A DNA stretch of 64,000 nucleotides from Candidatus Magasanikiibacteriota bacterium (GCA_903837125.1 CAILTG010000021.1:11627-75626), one strand, 5' to 3'. Numbered from the stretch's first letter, positions 36,499 through 46,293 are shown. The notes: generated by a model not told the origin, from the sequence alone. Program-made: numbers and translations.

Positions 36499-38073
36499 TT
36501 AAATCAATGCTCTCCCCGTCATCTCCGGCGGTTGTTCCAATTCCATTAATTTTAACATGGTAGACGCCACATCAGCCAACATGCCTACTGGTGGTATTAA
36601 ACTTAAATCACCCTCTGGTGGATCGCCAGCTGGACCGGCCTGACCTTTATATTTATTACCAATAATCAAAAATGGCACTGGATTATTACTATGTTCTTTT
36701 AATTTTTCTCCGGTCTGTAAATTAATTTTTTCTTCAGCATTACCATGGTCAGCCGTAATCAAAAGTAATCCATCTTTGGCCAATATATGATCACTTAATT
36801 TACCCAAACATTTGTCAATAACTTCCACGGCCTTAATAGTAGCGGCCAAATTACCGGTGTGACCTACCATATCCGCATTGGCGAAATTTATCATAATAGC
36901 GTCATAAATATCTGCTTCAATAGCTTTAATCACTTCTTTAGTAATTTCGTTTGCCGACATCTCTGGCACTTGATCATAAGAAGAAACATTAGCTGAAGGA
37001 ACAATTTTTCTTTCCTCTCCAGGGAAAGGATCTTCTATAGTGCCATTTAAAAAATAAGTAATGTGAGCATATTTGGTAGTTTCTGCCACATGAAATTGTT
37101 TAAGTCCAGCACGGCTAATTACTTCGGCCAAAGAATTGTGAACTACTTGTGGTAAATATGCGGGAACAGCCGGCAATTCTTTTTCATATTCGGACATGGT
37201 AACAAAAAACAAATTTCGCAAATAATTTCTTTCAAATTTAGCAAAACCTGGCAACACAAAAGCTTGAGTCAGTTCTCGAGCACGATCAGGACGTGAATTA
37301 AAAAAAATCGCCGCATCCCCATCTTTTACCACAGCTACTGGTTTGCCTTTTTTACCAATTACCACTGGCACAAATTCTTCATCATAAACTTTTTTGGCAT
37401 AAGAATCTTCAATGGCCTTTAAAGGATCACTGTAATAATCTATTGCCTCGCCCTCGGCCATAGCCCGATAAGCTTTCTCTGTTCTATCCCAACGATTATC
37501 ACGATCCATGGCGTAAAAACGTCCGGAAACCGTGGCAATTTCTCCGCACTTATACTCTTTAATTTTTTCCTGTAAACTTTTAACAAAACCCAAACCACTG
37601 TTATACATTACATCTCGCCCATCGATAATAACATGAAGATAAACATCCTTAATTTTCTGCTCTTTAGCAAATCTCAAAAGCGCTTCACAATGTTTTTCAC
37701 CAGCATGCACATTACCCGGACCGATAATCCCTATTAAATGCAAGGCTGATTTATTTTTCTTTACCTGTTCTGCTGCTTTCAAAAAAGCTTTATTTTGAAA
37801 AAAAGATTGGTCAGCAATTGCCTTATCAATTCTAGGAATTGTTTGATAATAAACACGACCCGCGCCAATGTTAAGATGACCTACTTCGGAATTACCTACC
37901 TTACCAAACATGAGTCCCACTTCTTGACCAGCGGCGTAAAGAGTCATGGCTGGATACTCACGCAAAAATTTATTGTAGTTTGGCAAAACAGCGCGAGTAA
38001 TAGCATTACCATCGCTTTTAGGAGCCACACCCCAACCGTCAAGAATAACTAATACTACAGGCCTGTTTTTCAT
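36499..38073 (-). CDS. gpmI: 2,3-bisphosphoglycerate-independent phosphoglycerate mutase (iPGM)
   Basis: VVLVILDGWGVAP ... GNSEVGHLNIGAGRVYYQ ... C-terminal ADHGNAE motifs. Confidence 0.88.
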   Translation of the reverse strand: MKNRPVVLVILDGWGVAPKSDGNAITRAVLPNYNKFLREYPAMTLYAAGQEVGLMFGKVGNSEVGHLNIGAGRVYYQTIPRIDKAIADQSFFQNKAFLKAAEQVKKNKSALHLIGIIGPGNVHAGEKHCEALLRFAKEQKIKDVYLHVIIDGRDVMYNSGLGFVKSLQEKIKEYKCGEIATVSGRFYAMDRDNRWDRTEKAYRAMAEGEAIDYYSDPLKAIEDSYAKKVYDEEFVPVVIGKKGKPVAVVKDGDAAIFFNSRPDRARELTQAFVLPGFAKFERNYLRNLFFVTMSEYEKELPAVPAYLPQVVHNSLAEVISRAGLKQFHVAETTKYAHITYFLNGTIEDPFPGEERKIVPSANVSSYDQVPEMSANEITKEVIKAIEADIYDAIMINFANADMVGHTGNLAATIKAVEVIDKCLGKLSDHILAKDGLLLITADHGNAEEKINLQTGEKLKEHSNNPVPFLIIGNKYKGQAGPAGDPPEGDLSLIPPVGMLADVASTMLKLMELEQPPEMTGRALI

Positions 38074-38081
38074 AATTTATT

Positions 38082-39635
38082 TTAATATAAAGGTTTTCCC
38101 GTCATTTCTTTTGCCTTTTCTATTCCCATCATTTTGAGTAATGTTGGTGCTACATCAGCCAAAATTCCTTTATTTTTCATTTTCATTCCTGCAAATTTGT
38201 CACCAATTAAAATACAAGGCACTGGATTTAAAGTATGTTCAGTCATTATTTCTTTAGTCTCTGCATTAATCATTACTTCAGCATTACCATGATCAGCCAC
38301 AATCATTACTTGACCTTTTAATTTCAACATACAATCAACTATTTTTTTTACGCCGGTGTCTACCACTTGAACTGCTTTCTTAGCTGCTTCTAAGTTTCCT
38401 GTATGTCCCACCATATCAGCATTAGGAAAATTAGTGCAGATAAAATTGTATTTTCCAGTTTGCAGATAATCAACAATTTTTTCTACCATTTTTGAGCTAC
38501 TCATTTCCGGCTTATCCGCATAAGAATGTTCTTTGGGCGATTTTATTACTTCACGCTCCTCGCCATTTAAAGGATCCGCATAACCACCATTAATAAAATA
38601 AGTTACATGAGCATATTTTTCTGTTTCGGAAATATATAACTGTTTATAAAGACCATCAATTACCGCTGGCAAACAATTTTTAATATCTGGAGAAGGAAAA
38701 GCAGTAAACACTCTTGGCAAATCCGGACCAAAATCAGTCATCGCCACGAAACGCGTATTTTTTGGCACTCTCTTTCTGATGAAAGCTCCTGGATTTTTTT
38801 GCTCAAAATCTTTTTGCACAAAAGCTTTGGTAATCTGACGAGCGCGGTCACTTCTGGCATTTACAAAATAAATAGCATCATTATTATTAATAGTGGCCAC
38901 TGGCTTATTATTTTCTATTATGACTGATGGACAAATATATTCATCTGTATCTCCCCGATTATACGATTGTGCCAAAGCTTCTTCCGCACTCTGTGAAGCA
39001 CAACCCTTACCCAAAACCATGGCCTCATAAGCTTTTTGCGTACGCTCCCAAATTTTATTTCTATCCATGCCATAAAATCGCCCCATAATGGTGGCAACTT
39101 TTTCATGCTCCAACATATGACCGCGTAATTCCCGTAAAAAACCAGTTGCTCCATGCGGAGAAGAATCACGCCCGTCGGTAAATAAATGTAAAAAAACTTT
39201 TTTTTGATTTTCACGCCGAAAAAATTCCAACATGGCATAAAGATGCTCCGGATAAGCGTGAGCGCTATTTTTGTCTGTTAACAGACTCATAATATGCACA
39301 GCTGTATCATATTTTTTTGTGTGATACAAAGCTTCTTTAAAAGCATGATTCTTAAAAAAAGTACCATCATGAATATGCTCAGAAATCATCACAACATCCT
39401 GTTTAACAATTCTGCCAGCGCCAATATTAAGGTGTCCGGCCTCAGAATTACCCTGCTGACCAGGGAAAAGCCCTACATTCTCGCCCGAGGTATTAAGAGT
39501 AGTATTGGCGTATTTTTTTAAATACCCAAAAATATTAGGTGCGGTTTCTGGAGTAATAGCATTGCCCAATTTTTGTTTGGACAAACCAAAACCGTCCAAA
39601 ATAATTAAAGCTGTAGGAATAATTTTATTTTCCAT
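38082..39635 (-). CDS. Second iPGM-family paralog, tandem to gpmI
   Basis: ALIILDGFGLS ... GNSEAGHLNIGAGRIVKQ ... VADHGNAE. The ATG start MENKIIP is at 39635; the ORF track uses an upstream TTG at 39677. Confidence 0.8.
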   Translation of the reverse strand: MENKIIPTALIILDGFGLSKQKLGNAITPETAPNIFGYLKKYANTTLNTSGENVGLFPGQQGNSEAGHLNIGAGRIVKQDVVMISEHIHDGTFFKNHAFKEALYHTKKYDTAVHIMSLLTDKNSAHAYPEHLYAMLEFFRRENQKKVFLHLFTDGRDSSPHGATGFLRELRGHMLEHEKVATIMGRFYGMDRNKIWERTQKAYEAMVLGKGCASQSAEEALAQSYNRGDTDEYICPSVIIENNKPVATINNNDAIYFVNARSDRARQITKAFVQKDFEQKNPGAFIRKRVPKNTRFVAMTDFGPDLPRVFTAFPSPDIKNCLPAVIDGLYKQLYISETEKYAHVTYFINGGYADPLNGEEREVIKSPKEHSYADKPEMSSSKMVEKIVDYLQTGKYNFICTNFPNADMVGHTGNLEAAKKAVQVVDTGVKKIVDCMLKLKGQVMIVADHGNAEVMINAETKEIMTEHTLNPVPCILIGDKFAGMKMKNKGILADVAPTLLKMMGIEKAKEMTGKPLY

Positions 39636-39744
39636 AATATTTTCTTTTTGTATATTAGTGACAGTATTATAGCGCAAAATGATTACAAGTTCAATTACCA
39701 GATAACAAATAACAAACTGTGTAATAGATCAAAAAATTATCCTC

Positions 39745-39789
39745 TTGACAAAATGGCTAAAATGGACTAAAATGTACTGTTATCAGTAC
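39745..39789 (+). promoter_or_regulatory. Consensus sigma70 promoter (TTGACA, 17 nt spacer, TAAAAT) plus a 16-bp perfect palindromic operator GTACTGTTATCAGTAC at the predicted transcription start of the GC-island gene.
   Basis: cTTGACAaaatggctaaaatggacTAAAATgtactgttatcagtac. Three direct repeats CTAAAATG(G) overlap the spacer. An AGGAG RBS lies 7 nt upstream of the ATG at 39826. Confidence 0.6.
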
Positions 39790-40525
39790 ACTGTGTGCTG
39801 GTAAATCCACCTGATAGGAGAGACCATGGTTGTCTTTAACGCGTTGGTTCTGATCATCGTGTTTCTCTTTACCGTCATGGGCGGCTACTGGCTCGTGGTC
39901 AAGGGGATCATGGGCTACCCCACAGCTGCCATCGCCATCGGGGTCGCGCTGATCCTGTTCTGGGGCATTCGGCGTCTCGTGCGCCGGTTCCCCTGGTGGG
40001 CCGTGAACATTCAGTTCCTGCGGCACACGGCGGATACCAAACGGTACCGAATCGAGGCAGTCACGACCACCAAAAGACGTGGCTACTATGTCATGATGGT
40101 CGTCCTGAAACGAGAAAGCGATTCCCGGCGGATCAAGGTACGCTGGAACTCGTTGCCCTCGGCCGAAACGGTGGGAGGCCCCAAAAGGGCCGAACTCCGG
40201 GAGGGTGGATCGTTCACCCTCAAATTCGACGAGACGAAGATGATCAAAGGGCTGTTCGGTAGGCCCATCGGTTACCGAGTGGTCATGAGCGACTACTACG
40301 AACCGCCGGCGGCCGTCTGATCCCACCTCCAATGAAAAGCCTCCCCCGTCTCCTCTTCATGGCGGACAAAGGCTAGAGAGGATCCTCATCCTCTCCGTGT
40401 CTCAGCGAGCTCTGAGCCATGTATTCTTACCCTCGTTCTTTTCCATCGTTCTTTTCCTGAGGTCTCAAATGACTCAGGGACCGCCACTCGCAATGAGCTG
40501 ACGGAGTTCCCCTTTGACTTTTAAC
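39790..40525. mobile_element. GC-rich (~60% GC by eye) ~0.75 kb foreign island inserted between the gpmI paralog and yidC; horizontally acquired cassette of unknown mobility.
   Basis: Abrupt change in base composition at both edges. Own promoter, operator, RBS and terminator. No integrase or inverted terminal repeats recognised. Confidence 0.55.
39826..40320 (+). CDS. Small membrane protein (2 N-terminal TM helices plus a basic beta-rich domain, possibly bacterial PH-like/bPH_2) encoded on the GC-rich island
   Basis: MVVFNALVLIIVFLFTVMGGYWLVVKGIMGYPTAAIAIGVALILFWGIRRLVRRFPWW... with a good RBS, promoter and terminator. The antisense 191-aa ORF is judged a GC-rich shadow. Confidence 0.55.
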   Translation: MVVFNALVLIIVFLFTVMGGYWLVVKGIMGYPTAAIAIGVALILFWGIRRLVRRFPWWAVNIQFLRHTADTKRYRIEAVTTTKRRGYYVMMVVLKRESDSRRIKVRWNSLPSAETVGGPKRAELREGGSFTLKFDETKMIKGLFGRPIGYRVVMSDYYEPPAAV

Positions 40526-40540
40526 ATTTAGAAATCAGAG

Positions 40541-40572
40541 GCAAAAAAATAATCCCGACTTTATCGGGATTA
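40541..40572. terminator. Bidirectional rho-independent terminator (island gene on +, yidC on -)
   Basis: aaaaaaat aatcccga cttt atcgggatt atttttatttt: an A-run before and a T-run after the stem. Confidence 0.65.
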
Positions 40573-40640
40573 TTTTTATTTTCTGTTAATTTCTGTCTAA
40601 TATGTTTTTTCGTCTTAATCTTAGTCTTAGTCTTTCAATC

Positions 40641-41414
40641 TTATTTCACAATCTCCCCTTCAATTATTTTACTATCACTTGAACTTCCACTTGTTGGAGG
40701 CTGACCTAACCCATGTTTCTTAAACACCACCAATTGTTGTAAAGCAGTTAGGAGCGTGGACAAAAACCAATATAAAGTTAAACCAGCAGGCAATTGAAAA
40801 CCGATTATTACCGTCATGAATGGCATAAAATACAGCATCTGTTTATTCATACTGGCCATCATGCTTTCATCTTTAGCCCCCGGACCGGCGTTCTTTGGCG
40901 GCTGTCTGCGAGTCATCATTCTAGTTTGCCAAAACTGCGCGCCACCAGCCAAAACTGCCAAAATAATACTGGTCTTGCCTAATTCAATAAACCCTAAACT
41001 AATAGTTTTAATAGTACCAGGATTTTTTACAAACGAATAAAGCAATTCAAAACTTTTGGAAGCCAAACCTTGACGCAAAACATAATATAAAGCAATTAAA
41101 ATTGGTAATTGAATTAAGAGTGGCAAACAAGAAGCAAAAGGATTAACTTTATTTTCTTTATAAATTTTCATGGTTTCCTGAGCAATCGCCTGTTTGTCAT
41201 CTTTAAACTTTACTTTTAAAGCTTCTAATTTTGGTTGTAGATCAGTTAAAGCTTTCTGTGATTTAATGGAAGAAGCAGTTAACGGATACAAAATTAATTT
41301 AATCAAAACCGTGATAATCAAAATCACAATTCCCACATCGGGAATTAAATTATACAAAGCCACAAAAGCATTAAAGATTGGTTGGTAAAGAATGATTTGA
41401 AAAAGATGAGACAT
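40641..41414 (-). CDS. yidC: Membrane protein insertase YidC/Oxa1 (short form)
   Basis: …LYPLT..S..SQ.....QPK...LK.K.KDD.Q....E.M.IYKENKVNP...CLPLLIQLPILIALY… YidC core. 257 aa. Confidence 0.85.
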   Translation of the reverse strand: MSHLFQIILYQPIFNAFVALYNLIPDVGIVILIITVLIKLILYPLTASSIKSQKALTDLQPKLEALKVKFKDDKQAIAQETMKIYKENKVNPFASCLPLLIQLPILIALYYVLRQGLASKSFELLYSFVKNPGTIKTISLGFIELGKTSIILAVLAGGAQFWQTRMMTRRQPPKNAGPGAKDESMMASMNKQMLYFMPFMTVIIGFQLPAGLTLYWFLSTLLTALQQLVVFKKHGLGQPPTSGSSSDSKIIEGEIVK

Positions 41415-41586
41415 AATATTAAAGGCTTAAAAGGCCTGAAAAGCTTAAAATGCTTAATGGCCAAAACTAAATAAGTTAGTAAAGTATAACAAGTAATAAC
41501 TAATTAATCAAGATACAAAACCGCCCCATAATTTGGAACGGTTTTTTGATCTTCTAATATTTCAATCTCAGTCTTAGTCTTAATTT

Positions 41587-42840
41587 TTACTCTTCTTTCT
41601 TCTCCTCAACCTTCTCTTCAACAATTTCCTCTGTTTTTTCCTCACTCAACTTCTCTTCAACAACTTTTTCCTCATCTTCCGAACTTACAATTTTATCGGT
41701 ATTACCATCTTCCACCACATTAATTTTCCAACCAGTCAAAGTGGCAGCCAAACGCACATTGGCACCACCGCGGCCAATGGCCAAAGAAAATTGGTCAGAA
41801 GCCACTTTAGCTTCGGCCTCTTGAGTTTTTTTATTTAATTCAATTGATTTAACTTTGGCAGGAGACAAAGCGGCTTTGATATAATCCTCGGTCTTTTCAT
41901 TAAATTGAATAATATCAATTTTTTCTCCGCCCAATTCTTCAATAATGGTATTGATACGACTGCCGCGCTGACCAATACAAGAACCAATTGGATCAATGGC
42001 TTCATCAGCAGTGAAAACTGCCACTTTGGAACGATTGCCAGGATCCCGGGCAATACCTTTAATTTCTACTGATCCAGAAGCGATCTCGGGAATTTCCTGA
42101 GCAAAAACAGCCTTTACCAAGTCCTCACTAGAACGAGATAAAATAATTTCCAAACCCTTCATGCCCATTTCCACTTTTTTAATTAAAAAATGTAAACGCA
42201 AACCTGGACGATATTGTTCGCGAAAAATCTGTTCAGTTTGTGGAAGTATTCCCGTAACTTTTCCCAAATCAATAATCACTGCGCCAATTTTATCACGACG
42301 TTGCACAATACCATGAATCATTCTGCCCTCTTGACCTTTTAATTCGTCATAGGCAGAATTTCTTTCGGCTTCGCGCAAACGCTGAATAATTACCTGTTTG
42401 GCGGTTTGAGCAGCCATGCGGCCAAAATCTCCACCAATTTCTAAAGGAATTTCCAAAATTTCGCCCACTTTTACTTTCTTTTTAATTTCTCTGGCTGGAG
42501 TCAACATTAATTGAGTTTTGGGATTAAAACGCGCCAAATCAGCTGTTTCTTCTTCAGTTAATTCCCGACCCTCAGCCTGAGCCTTTTCTCGGCGAACAGA
42601 CAATTCTTCTTGATCCTTTTCCAACTTTTCTGGATCAATATCTTCTACTATTTCTTTAATATCCCAAGCTTTCATATCAGCAGTCTCAGGATCAAATTTT
42701 ACTTTAATATTTTGTTGTTTATTGCCAAAATCCTTACGAAAAGCAGCACCCAAGGCTGCTTCAATAGATTCCAACACTGCCTCATAAGATAAACCTTTCT
42801 CATCACAGATGAGCTGAATTGCTTTGGTAATTTCAGACAT
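41587..42840 (-). CDS. nusA: Transcription termination/antitermination factor NusA
   Basis: NusA N-terminal domain MSEITKAIQLICDEKGLSYEAVLESIEAALGAAF, S1 and tandem KH regions, and an acidic K/E-rich C-terminal tail. Confidence 0.9.
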   Translation of the reverse strand: MSEITKAIQLICDEKGLSYEAVLESIEAALGAAFRKDFGNKQQNIKVKFDPETADMKAWDIKEIVEDIDPEKLEKDQEELSVRREKAQAEGRELTEEETADLARFNPKTQLMLTPAREIKKKVKVGEILEIPLEIGGDFGRMAAQTAKQVIIQRLREAERNSAYDELKGQEGRMIHGIVQRRDKIGAVIIDLGKVTGILPQTEQIFREQYRPGLRLHFLIKKVEMGMKGLEIILSRSSEDLVKAVFAQEIPEIASGSVEIKGIARDPGNRSKVAVFTADEAIDPIGSCIGQRGSRINTIIEELGGEKIDIIQFNEKTEDYIKAALSPAKVKSIELNKKTQEAEAKVASDQFSLAIGRGGANVRLAATLTGWKINVVEDGNTDKIVSSEDEEKVVEEKLSEEKTEEIVEEKVEEKKEE

Positions 42841-43051
42841 ATAGCATCGATTAAAAAATAAAAAAGCAGCATTTGTATAATGCTACTCTGTGTCAAGAGT
42901 ATAACATAAAAATAAATACCTGTCAAACATCAAAAAATTTAGTTAAAAATTATTACAAACTTATAAAATAAATAATTAAAAAACAACCAATTCATAAATT
43001 GGTTGTTTTTGTTAAATGTAAAACCGTTTAGTTAAAACAGGTGGAGAAAAT

Positions 43052-44101
43052 TTATTTGATTATTGCAGTTCCACCTATCACTGGGAATGTAGTATAACCT
43101 ACATCAACTTTACCACCGGTTTTTAAATTTGAAGCATTAACGCTTTCTTTATCTTTAATCATAGTTGTGAAAGTACCAAAAGAACCACTACCACTAAAAT
43201 TTAATTTAGCATAAGCAGAAAGTATTTTGCCCGTAAGTAAATAATTGATTTGTTTAAAATCAACTCTGATAGTAGTTGTGGTTATTGGCACTACAACTCC
43301 TGAAGCAATCTTTACTGCATTGTCATCTGTTAAATACCAGTCAGTCATAGCCACATTTCCATAATTAACAGTTATTGACAAATCATTCAGCTGTACTTCA
43401 TTACCTGCAGGCACCGAGGCAAAGGAATAAGCACTCACTCTATTTACGCCATTTGACAATTTAAAACCATCTGGGTAATTATTGTTTATCATTAAACTAA
43501 CTGCCGAGGGAGTTTCCTTCAAGCACGCGCCATTTTGACAGCCATTCTGACAAGTAATAAATTCAGTTTTGCCAATGTTATTTTCACAATATTGTTCTAT
43601 CAAAACTGAGTTATTTCCTGTCTGACAAGAATCTGTCGCTGTATATCCATAATTAGGACCCTTACTAAATACAACTGTACCCTGCACATTATTATTTCTT
43701 CCACCATCAGAATCAGTACATTTGGCTTCTTCACAAGGCTTCCAGCTTATAACATAAGATATTGGCGTTTGAAGGCTAGAAGAAGTTACCTGAAAAGTCC
43801 GAGCCGCTGGTTTACAAACATATGTATAGTTTAACAAACCATGGCCAGCGTCATTACAGCCATTAATTAATCTAAATGACACACCTCTATTTATTCCCGT
43901 AACCGAAACATTCACACCATCAGCCATTTGTTGACACGTCTGCACAGCTACATCATTGGAACCGGTACTTGAATTAGGGATCATATTATTCAATGGTACT
44001 GTCGCCAAAGCCACTGCCCCAGCCCCCATCATTGCCATGGTGGCAATAAATAATTTTGTTCCGCTCACTGCTTTGGTGGCGGTAGAAGTTAGTGTATCCA
44101 T
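43052..44101 (-). CDS. Secreted / cell-surface Cys-rich hypothetical protein, paralogous in its N-terminal domain to the ORF at 9142..10020
   Basis: N-terminal hydrophobic signal. VQTCQQMADGVNVSVTGINRGVSFRLINGCNDAGHGLLNYTYVC parallels VTACQQVGKDIKVTNFGSTYVLKSECRDAGHGMRTYKLTC. Confidence 0.55.
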   Translation of the reverse strand: MDTLTSTATKAVSGTKLFIATMAMMGAGAVALATVPLNNMIPNSSTGSNDVAVQTCQQMADGVNVSVTGINRGVSFRLINGCNDAGHGLLNYTYVCKPAARTFQVTSSSLQTPISYVISWKPCEEAKCTDSDGGRNNNVQGTVVFSKGPNYGYTATDSCQTGNNSVLIEQYCENNIGKTEFITCQNGCQNGACLKETPSAVSLMINNNYPDGFKLSNGVNRVSAYSFASVPAGNEVQLNDLSITVNYGNVAMTDWYLTDDNAVKIASGVVVPITTTTIRVDFKQINYLLTGKILSAYAKLNFSGSGSFGTFTTMIKDKESVNASNLKTGGKVDVGYTTFPVIGGTAIIK

Positions 44102-44183
44102 ATTGATTAATTTTAAATTTAAAATTTTTAATTATGTTTATAATTGTCCATCGACCAAAAGGACAAAAAAATTATTTATTAAA

Positions 44184-45200
44184 TTAATTTATTTCTTCTT
44201 TTTTCATATTCACCCACTCAGCCACTACTTCTTTAACATGATCAACATCAACCACCGGTATTTCTCCCTGACAATTTACACAAGCTTTTTTAGCAGCACT
44301 ATGCAAAAGTGCAGCGGCTTGTTCATGTTTGGAACCACGTTCAACATTTACCATAGCCGAAGCCTCATCCATAATATCAATCGCCTTGTCTGGTAATCTT
44401 CTACCTTTAATATACTCTTGTGATAATCTAACCGCAGCTAAAATTGCTTCATCAGTAATTTTTACTTTATGATAATCTTCATAATTTTTCTTAATGCCCT
44501 GCAAAATTTTAACTGATTCTTCTACACTAGGCTCATCTACTAAAACTATTTGAAAACGTCGATCCCAGCTTTCGTCTGGTTGAATATATTGTTCATATTC
44601 TTTTTGTGTAGTGGCACCAATAAGTTGAAGATCTCCGCGTGCTAAGGCTGGTTTTAAAATATCTGACAAATTTACTGCTCCTTCAGTTCCTTTGGTTTGA
44701 GTAATAGTGTGAATTTCATCAATAAATAAAATAATTGTGCGTTTTGAATTTCGGATCTCGGTAATTAATCCTTTTATTCTTTGCTCAAACTCGCCACGAT
44801 ATTTTGTTCCGGCCAAAATTTCTGATACTTGTAAAAGTAAAACTCTTTTATTCAATAAAACTTCCGGCACCTCACCGGTGGCAATGCGACTGGCCAAACC
44901 TTCTACTACTGCCGTCTTCCCCACTCCCGGCTGACCAACCAAAATAACATTATTTTTAGTTCTTCTAGTTAAAATTTGCGTAGCGCGATTGATTTCTTCA
45001 TCACGACCCACCACCGGATCAATGGTTCCTTTTTTAGCTTGAGCAGTAAGATCAACTGCATACATATCTAGATTATGAGTATCTATTGAAGAACCAATAT
45101 TTTTTCTTTTATAAAAATAAAAAACAGCCACCAAAATGACTGCTAAAATAATCCACTTAACGATGGGCAAACCAAGAATCGCGCTGATACCTAAATCCAT
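44184..45200 (-). CDS. AAA+ ATPase corresponding to the ClpA/ClpB/ClpC D1 module only, with an N-terminal TM anchor and no D2 module
   Basis: VGRDEEINRATQILTRRTKNNVILVGQPGVGKTAVVEGLASRIATGEVPE...GEFEQRIKGLITEI...ILFIDEIHT...LKPALARGDLQLIGATT..EY...D.SWDRRFQIV.VDEPSVEESV.IL.G aligns closely with Clp D1. The ATG is at 45200 (the ORF track uses a TTG at 45224). The protein ends after the D1 small domain. Confidence 0.7.
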   Translation of the reverse strand: MDLGISAILGLPIVKWIILAVILVAVFYFYKRKNIGSSIDTHNLDMYAVDLTAQAKKGTIDPVVGRDEEINRATQILTRRTKNNVILVGQPGVGKTAVVEGLASRIATGEVPEVLLNKRVLLLQVSEILAGTKYRGEFEQRIKGLITEIRNSKRTIILFIDEIHTITQTKGTEGAVNLSDILKPALARGDLQLIGATTQKEYEQYIQPDESWDRRFQIVLVDEPSVEESVKILQGIKKNYEDYHKVKITDEAILAAVRLSQEYIKGRRLPDKAIDIMDEASAMVNVERGSKHEQAAALLHSAAKKACVNCQGEIPVVDVDHVKEVVAEWVNMKKEEIN

Positions 45201-45276
45201 AAAAAACAAGTTTATTTTACCCAACAGGCAGTATTATAGCATAAATTGACCAGTTTGTCAAGTAAAAATTTATAAC

Positions 45277-46293
45277 TTAATATTTAAATATCGGCACCAA
45301 ATGTCCCTCATACTCGCCAATTTTGATACCTTCACTATCTTTACCAACAGCCAACTTCAACATATTTCTAAAATCACTATCCGCGTCACTTAACCTAACA
45401 AACTCTCCATTTTTAATAAATAACGGATCAACATAACGAAATTTAGGCCTTAAAATAATTTCTTTTTCTTTACTGCTAAATTTAAGAATTTTTTTACCAA
45501 GTAAAATTTGAATTTGCTCTTTAAAATTTTCGTCCTGACAAGCATAAATTTTATCCATGATAAATTTATCTGTTTCATTAAAATCATCCCATGTAATTAT
45601 ACCCTTAACAATTGCTTGATTTAATAATTGAGAGAATACCTGATAAGCAATCACATGAAGCGGCAGCCCCCAACAAGCTGTTTGACACTTTAAATAACCT
45701 TTAGCAAATAGTCCCACAGCTTTCTGATTATTAAAAATAATTCCTTGGTCAGTAACTTCTAAACTAGAAACGATTAATGATAGATTTTCTTTACTCTCCC
45801 AATTTTTCATCAACTTCAAAGAATAATCCAACCTATCGGCACAAACATTAGGAATTTTATTTTCTAATAGCTTAAAGGAATCAAAAGACAAAACTTTATT
45901 TATATCATAATTATATTTATTTAAAATTTCAGGAATTTTTGATTCAAACACCATTTGTTTATGTATGGTATCCTGATAGTCTTCAATTGATCCACGATCT
46001 TTCATCCAATCAACTACATGAGAAAAAGCCAAATGTGAAACATCATGAATTAACCCGGCAATTTGTTCTTCTAAGCTGGCGCCTAATTTTCGTAAAATTA
46101 ACATTACTCCTATTGAATGTTCAAACCTATTAAAACCTTTAAACTGGTCAAATTCAACAGGTAACCCATGTTGAGCAATACCTTGTAAACGTTGCAACGG
46201 CTGGCTGGCAATCAATTCTAACAAGACCGGTTCAGTTATTTCAAACTGTCCATAAATTTCGTCAGTTATGATTTTACTATTACTCATAATCAT
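45277..46293 (-). CDS. HD-domain metal-dependent phosphohydrolase
   Basis: H...HSIGV...(28 aa)...GLIHDVSHLAFSH HD motif. Confidence 0.65.
   Translation of the reverse strand: MIMSNSKIITDEIYGQFEITEPVLLELIASQPLQRLQGIAQHGLPVEFDQFKGFNRFEHSIGVMLILRKLGASLEEQIAGLIHDVSHLAFSHVVDWMKDRGSIEDYQDTIHKQMVFESKIPEILNKYNYDINKVLSFDSFKLLENKIPNVCADRLDYSLKLMKNWESKENLSLIVSSLEVTDQGIIFNNQKAVGLFAKGYLKCQTACWGLPLHVIAYQVFSQLLNQAIVKGIITWDDFNETDKFIMDKIYACQDENFKEQIQILLGKKILKFSSKEKEIILRPKFRYVDPLFIKNGEFVRLSDADSDFRNMLKLAVGKDSEGIKIGEYEGHLVPIFKY

Noticed and set aside
39757-40332. 191-aa minus-strand ORF spanning the GC-rich island
   Set aside because: Long open frames on the opposite strand are expected in GC-rich DNA. The plus-strand ORF has a consensus promoter, an AGGAG RBS at ideal spacing, TM-helix-like hydrophobic periodicity and a downstream terminator, so the minus ORF is treated as a shadow.
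41511-41546. nusA terminator hairpin
   Set aside because: The AAAACCG/CGGTTTT stem is only 7 bp with a 15-nt loop, which is weak. It is mentioned here but not listed as a feature.
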